Source: Thermodesulfovibrionales bacterium (GTDB lineage: Bacteria > Nitrospirota > Thermodesulfovibrionia > Thermodesulfovibrionales > UBA6898). Taken from it: a DNA stretch of 44,190 nt. A program made the position numbers and the translations under genes. Of this stretch, positions 40,016-44,190 are shown piece after piece; the stretch's first letter is position 1; each line of letters begins with the position of its first letter. The notes under the pieces are model-generated. The model saw only the letters and a list, made by a program, of their open reading frames with translations. It was not told where the DNA came from and ran no database searches. The stretch spans positions 1-44,190 of the forward strand of contig JBIOIY010000019.1 of the NCBI GenBank assembly GCA_044450345.1, written 5' to 3'.

Positions 40016-40624
40016 TTAATGGCCTGCCTCACTACCCCACAGCTCCTTGAGCCGCTGATCGCGACCACAGTTGAAACGGTAGAATTTGTAACGGATCGGA
40101 TTTTTCTTGTAATAGTGCTGGTGGTAATCCTCGGCTGGGTAGAACTCTGTTGCCTGTACAATCTCGGTAACGATAGGCTCCTTGAAGGTCTTGTTCTTTT
40201 CCAACAGCGCCTTCGACTGCAGCGCCAACCGGCGTTGTTCCTCATTATGATAGAAGATTGCGCTTCGATACTGATGCCCGGTATCGCAGAATTGCCGGTC
40301 CTTGGCGGTCGGATCAATATTGTGCCAGAAGACGTTCAGGAGCTTATCGTAAGTTACTTTTGCCGGGTCATAGACAACCTGAACCGACTCTGCGTGCCCT
40401 GTCCCTCCGGCCGAGACCTCTTCGTAGGTGGGATTCTTTTTCTGCCCTCCAGTGTAACCGGATGTGACGGAAACCACGCCGGGAATCTCGTCGAATGGGT
40501 GTTCCATACACCAGAAGCAGCCGCCTGCGAAGGTCGCTTTCTCGAGATTAGTTGCAGCCATGACTGTGGTGCTTGCGATAAGTATGGCCGATAGTACCGT
40601 TATCGCGATAATAAGCATTTTCAT
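40016..40624 (-). CDS. msrA: Peptide-methionine (S)-S-oxide reductase, exported
   Basis: FAGGCFWC, GHAE, QYRSAIF, AEDYHQ; signal peptide MKMLIIAITVLSAIL; RBS GGAGG. Confidence 0.95.
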   Translation of the reverse strand: MKMLIIAITVLSAILIASTTVMAATNLEKATFAGGCFWCMEHPFDEIPGVVSVTSGYTGGQKKNPTYEEVSAGGTGHAESVQVVYDPAKVTYDKLLNVFWHNIDPTAKDRQFCDTGHQYRSAIFYHNEEQRRLALQSKALLEKNKTFKEPIVTEIVQATEFYPAEDYHQHYYKKNPIRYKFYRFNCGRDQRLKELWGSEAGH

Positions 40625-40646
40625 TGCATCTCCTCCCCATACCGGC

Positions 40647-41189
40647 CTATTTTTTGGTTGCCACAAATTGCAGGGCAGCTGAATTCATACAGTAGCGCAG
40701 CCCGGTCGGTTTCGGGCCGTCGTTAAAGACGTGGCCGAGATGGCCGCTACAGCGGCGGCAGAGCACTTCTGTGCGGTGAGTGAAAAAGCTGTCATCCGGT
40801 CTGGTAATTATGTTCTCAGGAGCGATCGGAGCTGTAAAGCTGGGCCAGCCGGTACCAGACTCATACTTATCTTCAGACCTGTACAAATCGAGTCCGCAGG
40901 CTGCACAGCGGTAAATTCCATGCTCGTGATTGTCGGCATATTTTCCGGTATAGGCACGTTCAGTCCCCTTCTCCCGTAGTATGTTGTATTGTTCAGCTGT
41001 CAGTTGTTTTTTCCACTCCTCATTGCTCTTAACAACAGTTTCACTCATGACATAGTCCCCTTTTTCCGCGGAATACACCTTGATCGGGACTGGCGCTGAT
41101 ATGTCGCCGGTTCCAACCGACTTTCCTGAGCTGCAAGAAAAGATCATGCTGCCAACGATTAGCCCGCTCAGCAAGGGTAAGTATTTCAT
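40647..41189 (-). CDS. msrB: Peptide-methionine (R)-S-oxide reductase, lipoprotein
   Basis: GTERA, CAAC/CRRC Zn motifs, SGTGWPSF, HLGHVFNDGP, RYCMNS; lipobox IFSC. Confidence 0.95.
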   Translation of the reverse strand: MKYLPLLSGLIVGSMIFSCSSGKSVGTGDISAPVPIKVYSAEKGDYVMSETVVKSNEEWKKQLTAEQYNILREKGTERAYTGKYADNHEHGIYRCAACGLDLYRSEDKYESGTGWPSFTAPIAPENIITRPDDSFFTHRTEVLCRRCSGHLGHVFNDGPKPTGLRYCMNSAALQFVATKK

Positions 41190-41224
41190 TTGATTGCTCC
41201 TTTCAGTCGCCTATAATCACTGGT

Positions 41225-41707
41225 CTATTTTTTAAGTACGTTGGGCCATTTCTCATCCGCTTTTTTGATATATCCCGGAATGTCCTTACTCCACTTGTCC
41301 TTTATTCTTTTGCTGAGGTTGATATACAGCCTTCCATCAACAATGTTCCAAGCATCAGGATCAATATCGGCAGTGGTCCCCTGGCTGACCGCATATGCGC
41401 AATAACCGCCGTACTTCGGCGCATATTTGTCAGGGTCTTTAATAAACAGGTCTTTGTGTCCGGCGGTCGAGAAGCGCCACTTTGCACCCATCCATACATA
41501 TTCGAAGTCCCTGCTCCCTCTCACAGGTTTTCTATCTGTAAAATATGCAACAGGGTCATAGCCTTTAATCGCTACGCCATCAGAAGTTTTGTTTACAGGA
41601 TCGATAGCGAATGCAGGACTTAAAGTTAATAAATAGAGCACTGCAATGATAAGAATTGCCACAACGGTATTCTTTTCGCTTCTCCTTGAGATTCGAGCTG
41701 ACATCAT
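41225..41707 (-). CDS. Exported YHS-domain (seleno)protein family member, Cys form
   Basis: AIKGYDPVAYF, WRF, PKYGGYCAYAV, W.IVDGRLY; signal peptide. Confidence 0.88.
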   Translation of the reverse strand: MMSARISRRSEKNTVVAILIIAVLYLLTLSPAFAIDPVNKTSDGVAIKGYDPVAYFTDRKPVRGSRDFEYVWMGAKWRFSTAGHKDLFIKDPDKYAPKYGGYCAYAVSQGTTADIDPDAWNIVDGRLYINLSKRIKDKWSKDIPGYIKKADEKWPNVLKK

Positions 41708-41846
41708 TTTGCCCTCCGTTTACTGATTATGAAGACATCGTTCACTCCTAAGAGAAGTATATCAACCGCATAAGATATAGCAAGTCAATGGAGAACATCG
41801 ATATGTGAGAATTTAGCCATGTATTGAGAACCTGAACGTTTTTTGA

Positions 41847-42152
41847 CTATTTAATAGTTCCCAGGTAAGTACCGGCCTTCTTTAAGGCCACTTCCATTTC
41901 TTCGATTGTAACTACTGCGGGATCATAATAAACTGTGTTTATCTCTTTAAAGTAGCGAAAGCCTTTTTCAACTCTCTTCACTCCCTTCAGCCCTTCCAGG
42001 GCTTCCTTGCCGACATCATATCATTTAACATAGAAGATCGCCTGGGATATTCCAGCATCTTGTGCGAGAGAAAGCCCATAACCTGAAAAGATAAACAGCA
42101 TCAATACAAAAAGAGTCAAAGGCTGAGTGATTCGGTTCTTCATATATTTCAT
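41847..42152 (-). CDS. Candidate exported selenoprotein with minimal MsrA/HMA-like fold (Sec at TGA 42021-42023)
   Basis: MKYMKNRITQPLTLFVLMLFIFSGYGLSLAQDAGISQAIFYVK-U-YDVGKEALEGLKGVKRVEKGFRYFKEINTVYYDPAVVTIEEMEVALKKAGTYLGTIK*; RBS GAGGA; hairpin after the TGA. Confidence 0.75.
41989..42003 (-). promoter_or_regulatory. Putative bacterial SECIS hairpin
   Basis: mRNA AGCCCU-GGA-AGGGCU starting 17 nt after the UGA, G in the apical loop. Confidence 0.55.
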
Positions 42153-42535
42153 CAATAGCCCATCCTCAAAGATCCTTGCGTAATTGGGGTTACACTTTCC
42201 ATGCTCATTGTATCACGAGAAAGGAAACCGACCTAATTAGGGCGGGCAAACCGAAGGGGGGGAGTAGTTGTCAATTTGAGAAGAGGCTGCCGGCGCGGAC
42301 TTTAGAGAATACTTTTCGCCAGCTAAGTCTCATTTTTTTGCGCCTTTGGAGGCAAATCAAATAAAGTACCCTAATTGCTATAGTGCGAAAAACTCATGAA
42401 TATGAGTGGATAATATATGGCAATTATGCTATTTTCTCGTAATAAACAATAACTTGGCTTGGGATTATTTATCTGTGTTGGGATCATTAAGAACACGAAA
42501 TGATGTCTTAAAGAGTTTTGCTGAGAGTCACGCCC

Positions 42536-42578
42536 GGGACGCCAACAAATTCAAGGGTCGCGAAAGCGGCCCTTTTTT
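42536..42578 (+). terminator. tRNA-like 3' end (GGGACGCCA) plus intrinsic terminator
   Basis: GGGACGCCAAC identical to 35488-35498; AAGGGTCGC-GAAA-GCGGCCCTT followed by a T run, with no plus-strand gene upstream. Confidence 0.65.
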
Positions 42579-42779
42579 GTTTTAGGGCGGCCCGGCATCG
42601 CCTATGCCTGGTGGGTTATACTATCGTGATGATTAAAACCGCAATCATTGACATAGACAATAAGCCTGCGATGATGACAGGGAAGTACGAGAGAATATCG
42701 AAGCAGTCCGGACCGGGCATCGGACTTGAAGTTGCTGGCTTACAATGAAAAAACAATCATATATGAGAGGAGAGAAATT

Positions 42780-43367
42780 ATGAGTAAAATTAAAATCGAG
42801 AAAGGCATGTTCTGTCTTCCCGGGACTCAGACACTTCTTGGTACTCATCTGAATGGAAAAGTGAACTTCATGGCTCTGGATTGGTTGACAAGGGTCAACT
42901 ATGACCCCGTAATGTTTGGCATCTGCGTCAACAAAAGGAATGCATCGAATTCAGCCATTAAGACTAGCGGTGAATTCAGTATTAATGTCCCTAGTATGGA
43001 TATGGTTGATGTTACCGATTATTGCGGCATTGTATCGGGATGCAAGATAGACAAGTCTGATATATTTGAGGTTTTCTATGGTGAGTTGAAGGCTGCCCCA
43101 CTTATCGAGATTTGTCCAATCAATATCGAATGCAAAGTAATTGAAACTGTTGAACTGCCGACGAATACTTTGTTTATTGGAGAAGTGCTTAACATTTATA
43201 GCAAAGAAGATTTTCTCACAGACGGCAAGCCGGATGTAAAGAAAGTCAATCCATTTCTTCTCACTATGCCAGACAATAGATTCTGGTCGGTTGGCGACAA
43301 CGTTGGTAAAGCATGGAAGGATGGAGCTAAGTACAGAGAGCGGCTAGAACAAAAGAAACCAGAATAG
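42780..43367 (+). CDS. Flavin reductase / flavoredoxin family protein
   Basis: GKVNFM, GEFSINVP, DYCGIVSG...DKS, APLIEICPINIECK, LFIGEV; RBS GAGGAG. Confidence 0.9.
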   Translation: MSKIKIEKGMFCLPGTQTLLGTHLNGKVNFMALDWLTRVNYDPVMFGICVNKRNASNSAIKTSGEFSINVPSMDMVDVTDYCGIVSGCKIDKSDIFEVFYGELKAAPLIEICPINIECKVIETVELPTNTLFIGEVLNIYSKEDFLTDGKPDVKKVNPFLLTMPDNRFWSVGDNVGKAWKDGAKYRERLEQKKPE

Positions 43368-43400
43368 ACTGGGGACTGTTATCCGCTGAAGGAGAAGGGT

Positions 43401-43721
43401 ATGATTTGTCCGTTTTGCAAAGAGGAAATTAAGGACGGTGCCTTAAAATGTAAACATTGCGGGTCGATGCTTGCAGATGCGTCACAGACAACCGGGGCAG
43501 TCTCGAAGTCTGGGAAGAATAAAATCGCAGCCGGTTTATTTGCAATACTCCTCGGTGGTCTTGGAGTCCACAAATTCTATCTGGGGAGAACAGGATGGGG
43601 AATCATCTACTTAATTTTCTGTTGGACATTCATACCTGCCCTTGCAGGTATTATAGAGGGCATACTTTATCTCACTGCTTCCGATGAGGAGTTCGAAAGA
43701 AAATATACATGGAGAAAGTAG
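43401..43721 (+). CDS. Zinc-ribbon + TM2 domain membrane protein
   Basis: CPFC...CKHCG; KNKIAAGLFAILLGGLGVHKFYLG. Confidence 0.9.
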   Translation: MICPFCKEEIKDGALKCKHCGSMLADASQTTGAVSKSGKNKIAAGLFAILLGGLGVHKFYLGRTGWGIIYLIFCWTFIPALAGIIEGILYLTASDEEFERKYTWRK

Positions 43722-43800
43722 AACTGAAACAGCCATCCGGGGCATTCTGAAAAAAATCGGGGCGGAATATGGGGAGCAGTGGGGAATTTGACAAATGGCT

Positions 43801-43827
43801 GCGAGTCACCCTCCGAGGGTGACCCGC
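43801..43827. terminator. Hairpin between convergent genes
   Basis: GCGAGTCACCCT-CCG-AGGGTGACCCGC. Confidence 0.55.
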
Positions 43828-43837
43828 CTTCTGAAGT

Positions 43838-44190
43838 TCATCTGTCGTCGTCAGGTTCCGAAGACGGCGGCACTGCAGGCACCTTCTCCCATCCGCCGGC
43901 GCATCTCCGCACATACGGATAGTAAGCGTTGGACTTTTTGCAGTAGTACCAGGTGTCCCCTGCTGACGACCTCGTCCGAGCCGGCTCCGAATATGCCCGT
44001 TCGTCGGCGTACGCCGGTTCCCGCTCACGGACAATCATCCTCGTCGAAGGACCATATGCCGGAGCGTATGCATAGGGGTCATACGGATAGTATGGATAGT
44101 ACGGCTGGTAGTAATACGGATAGCTCAGAAGCGCCCCCGTGGCGACCCCGAAACCGAAACCGGGCCAGCCCCAACCCCAGCCCCAACCAC
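43838..44190 (-). CDS. 3' part of a Pro/Tyr-rich exported protein (truncated by window)
   Basis: WGWGWGWPGFGFG...YPYYYQPYYPYYPY...WYYCKKSNAYYPYVRRCAGGWEKVP. Confidence 0.75.
   Translation of the reverse strand, partial: GWGWGWGWPGFGFGVATGALLSYPYYYQPYYPYYPYDPYAYAPAYGPSTRMIVREREPAYADERAYSEPARTRSSAGDTWYYCKKSNAYYPYVRRCAGGWEKVPAVPPSSEPDDDR

Noticed and set aside
39635..40594. 319-aa plus-strand ORF and other long antisense ORFs (e.g. 722-1297, 13942-14499, 35896-36549)
   Set aside because: Antisense shadows of well-supported genes, without motifs
42220..42300. c-di-GMP-I riboswitch (GGCAAACC)
   Set aside because: Lacks the GAAA-tetraloop P2 and the GGACGCAAAGC continuation
1..44190. CRISPR array, intact integrase or transposase, rRNA
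   Set aside because: No regularly spaced repeat-spacer units or recognisable catalytic motifs seen

Overview
Bacterial window of roughly 50% GC; the gene style suggests an anaerobe such as Nitrospirota or Desulfobacterota (inference only). It is mostly accessory DNA. Left part (0.6-13.5 kb): a secreted monoheme c-type cytochrome with a Pro-Thr linker, a CLC anion transporter, Pal, a Phd/VapC pair whose PIN domain looks inactivated, an NhaP-type antiporter, a plasmid/ICE-like block (HTH-coiled-coil protein with clustered TGCAAC repeats, replication-relaxation protein, HhH protein) and a doubly broken PAS hybrid kinase. Middle: an anaerobic ergothioneine locus (EgtD methyltransferase plus a molybdopterin-oxidoreductase/cysteine-desulfurase fusion of MES type, a divergent betaine/ergothioneine-type ABC transporter, DinB), a cNMP-TrxR-like flavoprotein, an RND efflux system, VOC/YcaC/SnoaL genes, a K-channel-like gene and a DUF4062-RecG_C pseudogene. 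A 3' half of tRNA-Glu at 35448-35496 looks like an island att end; a shorter tRNA-like 3' end with a terminator lies at 42536-42578. Between them is a redox cluster (YHS, msrB, msrA, GH15, TVP38/DedA, flavoprotein disulfide reductase). It is headed by a small exported protein missing from the ORF track, with an in-frame TGA aligning to the MsrA catalytic Cys and a SECIS-like hairpin: a candidate selenoprotein. All calls are by eye; no database searches were run.
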